Below, piece after piece: positions 47,962 through 60,466 of a stretch of DNA of 64,000 bases. The notes below the pieces were generated by a model. It ran no database searches, was not told the DNA's origin, and saw nothing but the letters and a program-made list of their open reading frames with translations. Source of the DNA: a bacterium (GTDB lineage: Bacteria; Actinomycetota; Actinomycetes; Mycobacteriales; Jatrophihabitantaceae); assembly GCA_040004775.1 (NCBI GenBank), contig JBDUAD010000001.1, positions 27,453-91,452 of the forward strand. The letters run 5' to 3'. The translations under genes and the position numbers were made by a program. The stretch's first letter is position 1. The number at the start of each line of letters is the position of its first letter.

Positions 47962-48255
47962 CTACCCGCTCCAGACCTGGAGGCCGAGGGGGCCGGGCAG
48001 CGGGGGCGGAGCGAGTGGTGGAGCGCCACCGGGATCGGGCAGCGGCGAGGGCATCGGCGGTTGCGGAGCCGGACCGCCCGGTTCACCGGGGCGAGCCGGG
48101 GGTTGGGGCATCGGCGGCTGCGGTGTAGGTGCAGGCCCCGGCGTCGGGGCGGGCCCCGGCGTCGGCGGCTGCGGCGTCGGTCCGGGCGTCGGCTCCGGAG
48201 GCGCGGGCTCGGGCGACGGGGCGGGGGGCTCGGGGTCCACGGGGGGAACGGTCAT
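47962..48255 (-). CDS. Proline-rich small protein, 97 aa (hypothetical)
   Basis: ATG at 48255 (MTVPPVDPEPPAPSPEPAPPEPTPGP...) downstream of GGAGGAGG. Same orientation as the flanking menG and methyltransferase genes. The mirror Gly-rich ORF on the plus strand is the alternative reading. Confidence 0.35.
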   Translation of the reverse strand: MTVPPVDPEPPAPSPEPAPPEPTPGPTPQPPTPGPAPTPGPAPTPQPPMPQPPARPGEPGGPAPQPPMPSPLPDPGGAPPLAPPPLPGPLGLQVWSG

Positions 48256-48317
48256 GAAAGGCACTGTCCTCCTCCGACGCTCGGCGGTGTAGTTCCGGCG
48301 CATTGCGTCCCGCGAAC

Positions 48318-49019
48318 TCATAGGCGCGTGGCGCGGTGCAGCGCGACGATCCCGCCGGTCAGGTCCTGCCAGGCAACCTCCGACCAGCCGTTTTCGGTAA
48401 TCCGTTGAGCCAGCTGCGACTGGTCGGGCCAGGCGCGAATCGACTCGGCCAGATAGACGTAGGCGTCGGGGTTGCTCGACACGCGGCGGGCGATTCGCGG
48501 CAACGCGGCTATGAGGTACTCCAGGTACACCAGGCGCAGCGGCGCCCGTGTGGGACGGCTGAACTCGCACACCACCAGGGTCCCTCCGGACCGGGTGACC
48601 CGAGCCATCTCGCGCAGGGCCACGTCGACGTCGGCGACATTGCGCAGCCCGAAGGAGATGCACACGGCGTCGAACACGCCGTCGGCGAAGGGCAGGCGCA
48701 GCGCGTCGCCGGCCACGAACGGCAGGGCGCCCCGGTCGTCCCGGCGGCGGCCGGCGCGCAGCATGCCGAGGGAGAAGTCGCAGGCGACGGCTCGAGCGCC
48801 GCCGGAGGCCAATTCGGCGGTCGAGACACCGGTGCCGGCGGCGAGGTCGAGGACCCGATCACCCGGCCGGGCATCGAGGCTGCGGCGGGTGAGCCGGCGC
48901 CAACGCCGGTCCTGGCCGAGTGAGAGCACGGTGTTGGTCACGTCGTAGCGCCGGGCCACGCCGTCGAACATCGACGCGACCTCGCCCGGCTGCTTGTCCA
49001 ACGTCGCTCGGCTCATCAC
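48318..49019 (-). CDS. menG: Demethylmenaquinone methyltransferase
   Basis: [42 protein letters not shown]. Confidence 0.9.
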   Translation of the reverse strand: MMSRATLDKQPGEVASMFDGVARRYDVTNTVLSLGQDRRWRRLTRRSLDARPGDRVLDLAAGTGVSTAELASGGARAVACDFSLGMLRAGRRRDDRGALPFVAGDALRLPFADGVFDAVCISFGLRNVADVDVALREMARVTRSGGTLVVCEFSRPTRAPLRLVYLEYLIAALPRIARRVSSNPDAYVYLAESIRAWPDQSQLAQRITENGWSEVAWQDLTGGIVALHRATRL

Positions 49020-49065
49020 CGCTTCATTGTCGCCCTCACCGTCGCGCGGCTCGTCGTCGGTCGAC

Positions 49066-50016
49066 TCAGCGCCGAGCCAGCAGCGTGGCCAGGTCCGAGG
49101 CCGCTTCGGCGGCGGCCGAGTCGGCCACGGCCGCTACTCCACCCACGCCGAAGTAGGAGTGGTTGAGCGAGGGGTACTCCCGCGCGATCACGTCGACGTC
49201 GGCGGCGCGCAGATCCTCGGCGTAGAAGTTCCCCTCGGTGCGCAGCACGTCCAGCGTCGACGTGTGCACCACCGCCGGAGCTACGCCCGAAAAGCTCACC
49301 GCCCGCCGTGGCGACACCCGCCAGTCACCGGCGTCGGCCTCGTCGACGTAGGTGGCCGCGAACGTGACCATGCCTTCCATCGTCAGTCCGAAGCGCTGGT
49401 GGCTGGTTCCGCGGGACATGTAGCCGGCGTTCACCTGCGGGTCGACGTAGCGACCGCTCACGTCGGTGACCGGATAGAACAGCACCTGGGCAGCCAGCGG
49501 CGCGCTCACATCGCGGCGGGCCAGGGCCACGGAGGCGGCCAGCTGCGCGCCTGAGCCGTCACCGGCTACCACCAGGTCCGGGCCGCCGCCGAAGTCGGAC
49601 AGCCGCCCGGCCACCGACTCGGTGGCCGCCGCGGCGTCGTCGAACGCTGCCGGGAACCGGTGTTCCGGCGCCAGGCGGTAGTCCACGGACACCACCACCG
49701 CGTCGGCGAGAACGGCGATGCGCCGGGCCTGGGCCAGGTGGGTGTCCAGGTCCCCCATCATCCAGCCGCCGCCGTGGAAGTACACGACCGTCGCGCGCGA
49801 GTTCCGGCGATCGGAGGCCGTCGGGCGCACGACCCGTATCCGGATCGGGCCGGCGGGCGTCGGCACCTCCTGGTCGGACTCCTCGACCGCCGAGAACCGC
49901 GGACCCAGGTCGGCCAGAGCCTCCGCACTCCGGGCTCTCGTCTGCGCGCGGGCCTCGTCCACGGTGACCGCCGCTGAGCCGGGGGCGATCCTGACCAGCA
50001 GCCCGGAGTCGGTCAC
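49066..50016 (-). CDS. Alpha/beta hydrolase, hormone-sensitive-lipase-like esterase
   Basis: [13 protein letters not shown] (HGGG) and a [10 protein letters not shown] nucleophile region. Start set to the GTG at 50016; the longest ORF extends to 50232. Confidence 0.8.
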   Translation of the reverse strand: MTDSGLLVRIAPGSAAVTVDEARAQTRARSAEALADLGPRFSAVEESDQEVPTPAGPIRIRVVRPTASDRRNSRATVVYFHGGGWMMGDLDTHLAQARRIAVLADAVVVSVDYRLAPEHRFPAAFDDAAAATESVAGRLSDFGGGPDLVVAGDGSGAQLAASVALARRDVSAPLAAQVLFYPVTDVSGRYVDPQVNAGYMSRGTSHQRFGLTMEGMVTFAATYVDEADAGDWRVSPRRAVSFSGVAPAVVHTSTLDVLRTEGNFYAEDLRAADVDVIAREYPSLNHSYFGVGGVAAVADSAAAEAASDLATLLARR

Positions 50017-50310
50017 CGCGGCATCGTAGCGAGGACCGTGCCGGGCGATTGGTACTGTCAAGCATCGGCTGAACCACAGCTCGAGGCAGTGTCGGCCGCA
50101 ATCTGCAGCCGCCGGCGCATCGGCAGGCAGCCGGTCAAACCGTGATCGCCGGTCCTCTGATGCAGCATCGTGGGGGATCTTGATTTGAGTGACGCGAACT
50201 TCGCTCTGCCTTACAACTCTGCTCTGCCTCACAAGGGACGCACCGTCCTATCGGGTCTGACCACCACCATCGCGTCCTCGCCCGCCGCCCGGACGGCGAC
50301 CGCTCCGAGC

Positions 50311-52736
<2,426 letters not shown>

Positions 52737-52811
52737 CCAGCACCCTATCGACGCACGGCCGCACCCGGGGGTGCGTGCCGCGGCCCGGACGGCGTCGGGC
52801 ATCGTTGACGC

Positions 52812-53165
52812 ATGGCCCTCACCCGCTCCGATCTCCCGCCCGGAACCGTGCGCCGCGATGGCAAGTGGGCGGTGGGCAACAGCGACGGCGAGCTGTTCGC
52901 AGTGTCGCGCCGCTGTCGCCACCAGTTGGCCGACCTGAGCGACGGCTCGATCGACGCCGCCGGCTGCCTGGTGTGCCCGTGGCACCAGAGCCGCTACGAC
53001 GTGCGCACCGGCGCCATGGTCAGCGGACCGCGCGGCTTCCTGGGCTACCACGGGCCGACGCCCGGCTACACGTCCTTGGTCCGGGCGTACTCGCGGGTGC
53101 TGCGGCTACGCGTGGGCCGGGTGATCGAGGCGGCCGGGCGGCTCAGCGTGCACAAGGCTCGCTGA
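52812..53165 (+). CDS. Rieske (2Fe-2S) domain protein
   Basis: CRHQ...(17 aa)...CPWH cluster ligands. Confidence 0.85.
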   Translation: MALTRSDLPPGTVRRDGKWAVGNSDGELFAVSRRCRHQLADLSDGSIDAAGCLVCPWHQSRYDVRTGAMVSGPRGFLGYHGPTPGYTSLVRAYSRVLRLRVGRVIEAAGRLSVHKAR

Positions 53166-53226
53166 CCGACGATCTCGCTGACTCGAAAGCCCGTTGACGC
53201 CCGACCCGGCTGACCCAGCCAGGCCA

Positions 53227-54597
53227 TTACTCGGAGGCGACCGGTTGCGGTTCGCGTTCGCGGGCCGCTCGCGGCGCGGCACCGAGATGGCCGACGTCGA
53301 GCTGCTTGACCGCCTCCCGGGCCAGCACCTGCTGGTGAGTGCCCGCCCGCTGGGACCGACCGCGGCCGATGAAGCTCACCGCCCAGTGCAGCAGCGTGGT
53401 CACGCGGTTCTTGAAGCCGACCAGGTAGAAGAGGTGGACGAACAGCCACATCAGCCACGCGATGAATCCGAACAGGCGCACCGGACCGATGCTGGCCACC
53501 GCGCGGAAGCGGGAGATGGTGGCCATGTTGCCCTTGTCGAAGTAAAGGAACTCCGGCTTGGTCGCCCGGCCGGCCAGGCGCTTCTTGATCGTCTTGGTGG
53601 CGAACCGCGCGCCCTGGATGGCCACCTGGGCCACGCCCGGGTAGTCCTTGAGCGTCGTCATGTCGCCGATCACGAACACCTCGGGGTGGCCCGGCAGCGT
53701 CAGGTCGGGCGAGATCTTGATGCGACCGCCGCGATCGAGTTCGGCCCCGGACTGCGCGGCGAGCTGCTTGGTAAGCGACGACGCGCGCACGCCGGCCGCC
53801 CACACCGTGGTCCGAGCCGAGATCCGGTCTGGGCGGCCCTGGTCGTCGACCACGTCGATGCCGCGCTCGTCGACGCCGACGACCTTCTCGTTCAGCCAGA
53901 CCTCGATGCCGAGCTTGCGCAGCTCCTTGGCCGTCTTGGCCGCCAGCGGGTTGCCGAAGCTGCCCAGCACCGAGCCGGCCGCATCGAGCAGGACGATGCG
54001 GGCCTCGGCCGGGTCGATCGCGCGGTAGTTGTGTCGCAGCGTGCGGTGAGCAAGCTCGGCGATCTGCCCGGCCATCTCGACGCCGGTCGGACCGGCGCCG
54101 ACCACGACGAAGGTCATCCACTCCTCGCGGACCGCGGGGTCGGGCTCCAGTTCGGCGTACTCGAAGGAGTTGAAGATCCGGGCGCGGATCTCCAGGGCGT
54201 CGTCGATGCTCTTGAGCCCGGGAGCGTCGAGGGAGTACTCGTCGTGGCCGAAGTAGGACGTTGACGATCCGGCCGACACGATGAGGCTGTCATAGCGGGT
54301 CACCGTCTCCACCCCGAGCGCGGTCGAGTGCACGGTCTTGGCCTCGAGGTCGATCTGGTCCACGTAGCCGAGCAGGACTCGCGCGTTCTTCTGCCGACGC
54401 AGGATCTCGCGAGTGGCCGGGGCGATCTCGCCCTCGCTGAGGATGCCGGTGGCGACCTGGTAGAGCAGCGGTTGGAAGAGGTGGTGTGCAGTGCGGCTGA
54501 TCACCGTCACGTCGACCGGCGCGTTCTTCAGCGCCCTCGCCGCGCTCAACCCGCCGAATCCGGAGCCGATGACAACGACCTGGTGCCGGTGACTCAT
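53227..54597 (-). CDS. ndh: Type II NADH dehydrogenase (NDH-2)
   Basis: ATG at 54597: MSHRHQVVVIGSGFGGL. Second dinucleotide fold FVVVGAGPTGVE. Confidence 0.9.
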   Translation of the reverse strand: MSHRHQVVVIGSGFGGLSAARALKNAPVDVTVISRTAHHLFQPLLYQVATGILSEGEIAPATREILRRQKNARVLLGYVDQIDLEAKTVHSTALGVETVTRYDSLIVSAGSSTSYFGHDEYSLDAPGLKSIDDALEIRARIFNSFEYAELEPDPAVREEWMTFVVVGAGPTGVEMAGQIAELAHRTLRHNYRAIDPAEARIVLLDAAGSVLGSFGNPLAAKTAKELRKLGIEVWLNEKVVGVDERGIDVVDDQGRPDRISARTTVWAAGVRASSLTKQLAAQSGAELDRGGRIKISPDLTLPGHPEVFVIGDMTTLKDYPGVAQVAIQGARFATKTIKKRLAGRATKPEFLYFDKGNMATISRFRAVASIGPVRLFGFIAWLMWLFVHLFYLVGFKNRVTTLLHWAVSFIGRGRSQRAGTHQQVLAREAVKQLDVGHLGAAPRAAREREPQPVASE

Positions 54598-54699
54598 CGC
54601 CGGCTCGACAATGACCATGCCCTAATTTTAGGCGGCCGCTGACCGCTTGGACCAGGTGGGCGGGGTGACCTCCGTCGCCTCCCCGATAGCCTCGCCGCC

Positions 54700-55458
54700 G
54701 TGACCGCCGCGGATCTGCAGCTGGCCGGTGAGCTCGTCCGGGCGGCCGGCGAACTGGCCGCGACAATGCGCCGCGACGGCGTGACCGTCACCCGCAAGAC
54801 GTCGATCAGCGACATCGTCACCCCGGCCGACACCGCGGCCGAGGAACTCGTCGTGGCCCGCCTGGTCGCCGAGCGACCCGAAGACGGCATCGTCGCGGAG
54901 GAAGGGGCTCGTCGGCCCGGGCGCCGGACCTGGTTCGTCGACCCGGTCGACGGCACCTACAACTACGTCAGCGGCCTGGCCACATGGTGTGCCGCGGTCG
55001 CCCTGGTCGACGGCGAGACGCTGGAGCTGGGAGCGGTGTTCGAACCGTCGTCGGGCGAGCTGTTCACCGGCGGCCCCGACGCCCGCACGACGGTCAACGG
55101 CGTTCCGGTGCCGCCGCTGGCCCGGCGGCGGCTGGCCGAGGTGTCGGTGGCCACGTACCTGCACCCGTCGTCCTCGCTGTCGAACGCGGCGGTGCGCGAA
55201 CCGATGATTGACGTGCTGCGCCCGGCAGCATCGGTACGCATGCTCGGCAGCGGATCGATGGAACTGGCCGCGGTGGCCGCGGGCCGGATCGGCGTGTACG
55301 TCCAGACCGACTGCCTGCCTTGGGACTGGCTGCCCGGGCGGGCGCTGGTGGAGGGCGCGGGCGGGCGGACCGAGGTGGTCGAGCGTGGTGGCCACCGCTG
55401 GCACATCGCCGGCAACGCGACCGCGGTCGCCGACGTCCTGTCCATCCTGGACCCGTGA
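54700..55458 (+). CDS. Inositol monophosphatase family protein
   Basis: WFVDPVDGTYNY and WDWLPG motifs. Confidence 0.9.
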   Translation: MTAADLQLAGELVRAAGELAATMRRDGVTVTRKTSISDIVTPADTAAEELVVARLVAERPEDGIVAEEGARRPGRRTWFVDPVDGTYNYVSGLATWCAAVALVDGETLELGAVFEPSSGELFTGGPDARTTVNGVPVPPLARRRLAEVSVATYLHPSSSLSNAAVREPMIDVLRPAASVRMLGSGSMELAAVAAGRIGVYVQTDCLPWDWLPGRALVEGAGGRTEVVERGGHRWHIAGNATAVADVLSILDP

Positions 55459-55498
55459 GCCTGTGTCCCTCCTCGACGCGTCAGTCAGCGCCGGACGC

Positions 55499-56122
55499 TC
55501 ACCTGCGGTGCCGCCCGTACACGACGACGCCGGTCACCGGAATCAGGAGGAAGAGCAGCCAACTGCTGTCCCACACGCCGTTGAGCGCGAAGAACAGGAT
55601 CAGGGCGACGAAGGGTGACACCGCCACCGCCACCTCACCGACACGTCCGCCGAGCGGGACTCCCCGGCCGGCCCGTCCGTGCCGGTCGACGAGAGCTGGA
55701 TCGGGCCCAATTGGTAGCGGCGGAGCACCGGGCGGCGGCATTCGGCTCGTACCCGCACCGGCCGGTGACCCAGGTCCGGCCGCACCGCTCGACCAGCCGT
55801 AGGCCGCGGTCTCGTGCCGCCGGGTCGGCGTCGATGCCGGGAGGACCGGGCCGCCGCTGAGGAAAGCCGGATGGGGGGCGGGCAGATCCGTGAACAGCGG
55901 CGTGATGTCCTCGACCGTGCGGGCCACAGCCGCTCGACCGACCCGCTCGCCGTACTCCCCGGCGTTCAGCCGGCCGGCCTCCAGGTGCGCGTCGAGGGCG
56001 GTGATGACCTGCTCCCGCTCGGCGTAACCGATGCGGTAGCTCGGCGGTCCGGGCGACGGGCCGGATGGGCCCACCGGGCCCTGGCCAGCGGTATCGCGGG
56101 GGCCGTCCACGCCGGCCATCAT
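55499..56122 (-). CDS. DUF1707 domain membrane protein
   Basis: ATG at 56122. YRIGYAEREQVITALDAHLEAGRLNAGEYGERV, a Pro-rich linker and C-terminal TM helices. Confidence 0.75.
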   Translation of the reverse strand: MMAGVDGPRDTAGQGPVGPSGPSPGPPSYRIGYAEREQVITALDAHLEAGRLNAGEYGERVGRAAVARTVEDITPLFTDLPAPHPAFLSGGPVLPASTPTRRHETAAYGWSSGAAGPGSPAGAGTSRMPPPGAPPLPIGPDPALVDRHGRAGRGVPLGGRVGEVAVAVSPFVALILFFALNGVWDSSWLLFLLIPVTGVVVYGRHRR

Positions 56123-56223
56123 CGCGCATCGAGCCGCCTCCGGAAGCGCCACTACGCAGGCACCGGCGCACACGGCAGGGACAGGCCGCCCGTTCCGCCG
56201 CATCCACGGATGAGCACCGACCC

Positions 56224-57472
56224 ATGAGTGCCGACCTGGCCGCCGGGCTGGCCACGGCGCTCTTGGCCGGGCCGTGGGAGCCGGCGCCGATGCAACGCCG
56301 CTGCCGAGAGGCGGTCGGGCGGGAACGGACGCCGCGCTGGCTGCGGCAGCTCGTGGTCGAGGTACTCGGCTACCACCACTACCCGCCGCGCGACGCTCTG
56401 CGTGAGCTGGCCGCGCTGTTGCCGCGGTTTACCCGGCGTGGGGAGTCCGGGCGGATCAGCCGGCAACGCCTGCGGGTGCGCTCCTGGACGCCGGCCCCGA
56501 GCGCCATGGGCACCGTTCCGCCCGCGCCGGGCTGGCCGGTCACCCCGCTCGACGACCTCTTCGCCCTGGCCCGCCTGCTCGACGTCGACGCCGGTGAGCT
56601 GGCCTGGTTGGCCGACGTGCGCGGCATGGAGCGCGATGCGGCATTCCCCTGTGCCACTACCGGCTGAGCGCGCGCACCAAGCGGGGTGGCGGCCTGCGGG
56701 TCCTCGAGGTTCCCAAGCCGCGACTGCGCGAGGCCCAGCGCCGCCTGCTGCGCCACGTCGTCGCGCCGATCCCCACGCACGCCGCGGCCCACGGTGCGGT
56801 ACCCGCCCACAGCGTGGCCACCGCCCTCGCGCCGCACACGGGTAACGGGGCATTGCTGTGCCTGGACCTGGCCCGGTTCTTCGCCTCGGTGGAGGCGGGC
56901 CGGATCTGGGGCGTGCTGCGTACGGCCGGCTATCCCGAGGCGGTGGCCCACACGATCACCGGGCTGGTCACCACCAGCGTCAGCCGGGCGGCGTGGGCCG
57001 CGCTGCCGGCACCGGCGACGTCGACGGCGGCGGAGCACCACGCGCTGGGGCGCGCGCTGGCCATGGCCCACCTGCCGCAGGGGGCGCCCACGTCACCCGG
57101 GTTGGGCAATCTGGTCACGTATCGCCTCGACGTGCGGCTGGCCGGCCTCGCCACGGGTGCCGGAGATCGTGGCCGAGGAGGGCTTCGCCGTCGCCGCGGC
57201 CAAGACAGTGGTCCTCTCCCCTGCCGGACGTCAGCAGGTGCTCGGCGCGGTGGTCAACCAACGCCCAACCCTGGCCCGCCCGGCCTACGACGCGCTGCGG
57301 GCCACGTTGCACAACTGACAGGTGCACGGACCGGCCGGGCAGGCCCGCGAGCAGTCGCTGGAGGAGTTCCGGGCCGCCCCTCACCGCCCGGGTGGCCGAG
57401 GTCAACGGGCTGGATCCCCACCGCGGCGGTCGGCTGCGGGCTCAACTGCGGTCCATCGACTGGAGCGGGTGA
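56224..57472 (+). pseudogene. Reverse transcriptase (retron/Abi/UG-like, stand-alone) gene disrupted by two frameshifts, a deletion of the YxDD region and an in-frame TGA
   Basis: Three frames must be spliced to recover the protein. First MSADLAAGL...LAWLADVRGMERDAA. Then HYRLSARTKRGGGLRVLEVPKPRLREAQRRLL...LCLDLARFFASVE...HLPQGAPTSPGLGNLVTYRLDVRLAGLA. Then EIVAEEGFAVAAAKTVVLSPAGRQQVLGAVVNQRPTLARPAYDALRATLHN-TGA-QVHGPAGQ... Finally LTARVAEVNGLDPHRGGRLRAQLRSIDWSG. Confidence 0.75.
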
Positions 57473-57624
57473 GCCGCTCTTCGCACCGGATCACTCTCCC
57501 GCCGATGATGTAGACCCGCGATGGAATGATGCGCGGGCGGGCGCGGTTGGTGGCCCCACCGCAGTCGAGTCCCAAGCCAGTCCAGCCATGGCCGGGCCGG
57601 CACACCGATCGACGGGAGCACGCC

Positions 57625-59262
57625 GTGACCGAGGTTGACGATCCCCCGCAGTCCGGCTTGGCCTACCACTCGGCGCAGGGTCGCTGGGTGCTGCTGGCCA
57701 CGATCCTCGGCAGCGGGCTCGCCCAACTCGACGGCACGGTGGTCAACGTCGCACTGCCGCGCATCGGTGAGGACCTGCACGCCGGGCTGACCAGCCTGCA
57801 GTGGACCCTGAACGCCTACACCCTCACCCTTTCGGGCCTGCTGCTGCTCGGCGGCTCGCTGGGTGACCGGCTGGGTCGACGGCGCATCTTCGAGATCGGC
57901 ACGGTGTGGTTCACCCTGGCCTCGGTCGGCTGTGCCCTCGCCCCGAGCGCCTCGGTGCTGGTCGGCCTGCGCGCGCTGCAGGGCGTCGGCGGGGCCTTGC
58001 TCACCCCGGGATCGCTCGCGATCCTGCAGGCGGTCTTCCGGCCCAAGGACCGCGCGGCCGCGGTAGGTGCCTGGTCCGGCCTCGGCGGAGTGGCCACCGC
58101 CCTCGGCCCGGTGCTGGGCGGCGTGCTGGTCGGCGCCTTCTCGTGGGGTTGGCGACTGACCTTCCTCATCAACGTTCCGCTGGCCGCGGTTGTGATCCTG
58201 GCGTCGCGACTACACATTCCCGAGACGCGCGACGAGGACTCCCGAGGGCACCTGGACGTCGTCGGCGCGGCGCTGGCGTCGGTCGGGCTGGCCCTGCTCG
58301 TCTTCGGGCTGACCGAGGGGCCGCCGCGTCGGTGGGACGCGGTAACGCTCGCGACCGCGGCGCTGGGCATCACCGTGCTGGTCGCGTTCGTGCTGCACCA
58401 GGGACGCACGCGGGATCCGTTGATGCCACTCGGCCTGTTCAGCGACCGCCAGTTCAGCGCCGCCAACCTGGTGACCTTCGCGGTGTACGCCGCGCTGTCC
58501 GGTGGGCTGTTCCTGCTGCCGGTGCAGCTGCAGCGGGTGTCCGGGTTCTCGCCGCTGGCGGCGGGCAGTGCGCTCCTGCCGGTGACCCTCGTGATGCTGC
58601 TGCTCTCGGCCCGCATGGGGGCGCTGGCCGAACGGATCGGCCCGCGAGTACCCATGTCGGTCGGGCCGGTGGTGGCCGCGGTAGGCATCGCCGCCTTCGC
58701 CCGGGTGGACGCCGACTCCTCCTACTGGATCGACGTGCTGCCCGCGGTGCTGGTGTTCGGCCTGGGGCTGTCGATCACCGTCGCGCCGCTGACCGCGACC
58801 GTCCTCGCCGCGGCTCCGCAGCACCAGGTGGGCGTGGCCTCGGCGGTGAACAATGACGTCGCCCGGGTGGCCGGCCTGCTGGCCGTGGCCGTGCTGCCGG
58901 CGCTGGCCGGGATCACGCCGTCGGTGTACGCCGACCCGGCCCGGCTGTCCCCCGGCTTCCACCGCGCCGTGCTCATCGCCGCGGCCCTGTGCGCCGCCGG
59001 AGGAGTGCTGGCGTTCCTGACCATCCGCAACACCGCGCTCTCGCGGGTGGCGGCCGAGCCCAAGGGCACGTCGCCGCCGGGCGTCGGTTCGGCGGATCGA
59101 TCCGCGGACGACGCAGACGGTATCTACGTTGCCGGTGAATCCGCCGTTGCGGACCGGGTCGATGCCGGCCGCGGCGGTATCGGCGATCCGTACGACGACG
59201 CGCGAGCGCCGCGCCCGGCCGCCTGTGCCATCGGCGCACCCAACCGTCCCGGCGGACGCTGA
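57625..59262 (+). CDS. MFS transporter, DHA2 (EmrB/QacA-like) family
   Basis: GTG at 57625 after GGGAG. LDGTVVNVALPRIGEDL, GGSLGDRLGRRR, 14 TM-like segments and a long acidic C-terminal tail. Confidence 0.9.
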   Translation: MTEVDDPPQSGLAYHSAQGRWVLLATILGSGLAQLDGTVVNVALPRIGEDLHAGLTSLQWTLNAYTLTLSGLLLLGGSLGDRLGRRRIFEIGTVWFTLASVGCALAPSASVLVGLRALQGVGGALLTPGSLAILQAVFRPKDRAAAVGAWSGLGGVATALGPVLGGVLVGAFSWGWRLTFLINVPLAAVVILASRLHIPETRDEDSRGHLDVVGAALASVGLALLVFGLTEGPPRRWDAVTLATAALGITVLVAFVLHQGRTRDPLMPLGLFSDRQFSAANLVTFAVYAALSGGLFLLPVQLQRVSGFSPLAAGSALLPVTLVMLLLSARMGALAERIGPRVPMSVGPVVAAVGIAAFARVDADSSYWIDVLPAVLVFGLGLSITVAPLTATVLAAAPQHQVGVASAVNNDVARVAGLLAVAVLPALAGITPSVYADPARLSPGFHRAVLIAAALCAAGGVLAFLTIRNTALSRVAAEPKGTSPPGVGSADRSADDADGIYVAGESAVADRVDAGRGGIGDPYDDARAPRPAACAIGAPNRPGGR

Positions 59263-59290
59263 CGCTGGCTCGCGTTTCCCGGCGAGCGAC

Positions 59291-59767
59291 CTAGCTGGGC
59301 TCGGGCGGAGGCGCGGCCGGGTCCCGCGACTTGGTCCGCCGACCGGCGCGTGCGGAGCGGCTCCGGTCCGGCTCGGCGACGTCCGCCGGGTCCGGCTGCT
59401 CGCGCTCCGTGCCGGCGGAGGATCCGTCCTCCTGGACGACGTTCACATCGGCCGACGGGCCGGCCAGGTCAGCGTCCAGGCTGTGGCCGCGGGCCTGGCG
59501 CTCGGTGACCCGCAGCCGCATCTCCTCGGCCAGCGCCTCCCGCGGGCGGGCCAGGAGGACGTAGGACAGCGGCACCGACAGGGCAAGGGCGATCGCCGCT
59601 GCGAGCAGGCCGACGAGGCCGCTAACCCACAGGATGACGAAAAGCACACCGAACAGGGCAACGCGCAGCAGGGTGTACGTCCAGAAGTGGACGAGCGGGT
59701 GTCGGCGGCGAGGTATGGGCGCGCTCGAGGTCGACTCCGTCGGCGGCGGGGTCGGCCCGGACGTCAT
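59291..59767 (-). CDS. DUF4229 domain membrane protein
   Basis: ATG at 59767. YTLLRVALFGVLFVILWV...ALALSVPLSYVLLARPREAL. Confidence 0.7.
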   Translation of the reverse strand: MTSGPTPPPTESTSSAPIPRRRHPLVHFWTYTLLRVALFGVLFVILWVSGLVGLLAAAIALALSVPLSYVLLARPREALAEEMRLRVTERQARGHSLDADLAGPSADVNVVQEDGSSAGTEREQPDPADVAEPDRSRSARAGRRTKSRDPAAPPPEPS

Positions 59768-59808
59768 GAGTCGAGGGTAGGGGCGTGGACGTGTGCCACG
59801 CTGGTGGC

Positions 59809-60447
59809 ATGTACGTACCGGCACACTTCGGCGCGCCCGACGACGCGCTGGAGCAACTGCTGGCGCATGCGGGCCTGGCCGATCTGGTCAGCGCCGGACC
59901 GGACGGCTTGGTCGCCACGCCGCTACCGCTGCTGTTCGACGCCGGTACCGGGGCGCACGGGTCGCTGCTCGGCCACGTGGCCCGCATCAACACCCACTGG
60001 CACCTCGACGGCGCCCCGTCGCTGGTGATCCTGCGCGGGCCCGACGCGTACATCTCGCCGTCGTGGTACCCGAGCAAGGCCGAGCACGGTCGGGTGGTGC
60101 CGACGTGGAACTACCTGACCGCACACGTCACCGGCCGCCTGGTGGTCCACGACGACCCGGTGTGGGTCGAGGCGCTGGTTCGCGGGCTCACCGAACACTT
60201 CGAGGGCGGCCGCCCGGCCCCGTGGTCGGTCGACGACGCCCCGCTGCCGTACCTGACCGGCCAGCTGCGGGCGATCGTCGGCGTGGAAGTCGTCGTCGAC
60301 ACGATCAAGGCCAAGTACAAGCTGAGCCAGAACCGCCCGGGCGCCGACATCGACGGCGTCGTCACCGCGCTGAGCCACGGGTCGGCCGTTGACCAGGACG
60401 TGGCCGCCGCCATGACGGCGGCCTCAACCGCGTCCGCGCCGGCCTGA
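59809..60447 (+). CDS. FMN-binding negative transcriptional regulator (PaiB family)
   Basis: ATG at 59809: MYVPAHF... Also VPTWNY, AKYKLSQNR. Confidence 0.85.
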   Translation: MYVPAHFGAPDDALEQLLAHAGLADLVSAGPDGLVATPLPLLFDAGTGAHGSLLGHVARINTHWHLDGAPSLVILRGPDAYISPSWYPSKAEHGRVVPTWNYLTAHVTGRLVVHDDPVWVEALVRGLTEHFEGGRPAPWSVDDAPLPYLTGQLRAIVGVEVVVDTIKAKYKLSQNRPGADIDGVVTALSHGSAVDQDVAAAMTAASTASAPA

Positions 60448-60466
60448 GACGGCCGCAGGCTCCGTC

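Noticed and set aside
47603-48292. 229-aa Gly-rich plus-strand ORF (GGCGVGAGPGVGAGPGVGG...).
   Set aside because: It is the complement of the Pro-rich minus-strand frame. Its 5' half overlaps the methyltransferase gene antisense, and it runs against the orientation of both neighbours. It is kept only as the alternative hypothesis to the Pro-rich ORF.
57316-57318. In-frame TGA within the RT gene considered as selenocysteine or programmed read-through.
   Set aside because: The gene has three other disabling lesions, including loss of the catalytic region, and no SECIS-like hairpin was evident directly downstream. A simple nonsense mutation in a pseudogene is the economical reading.
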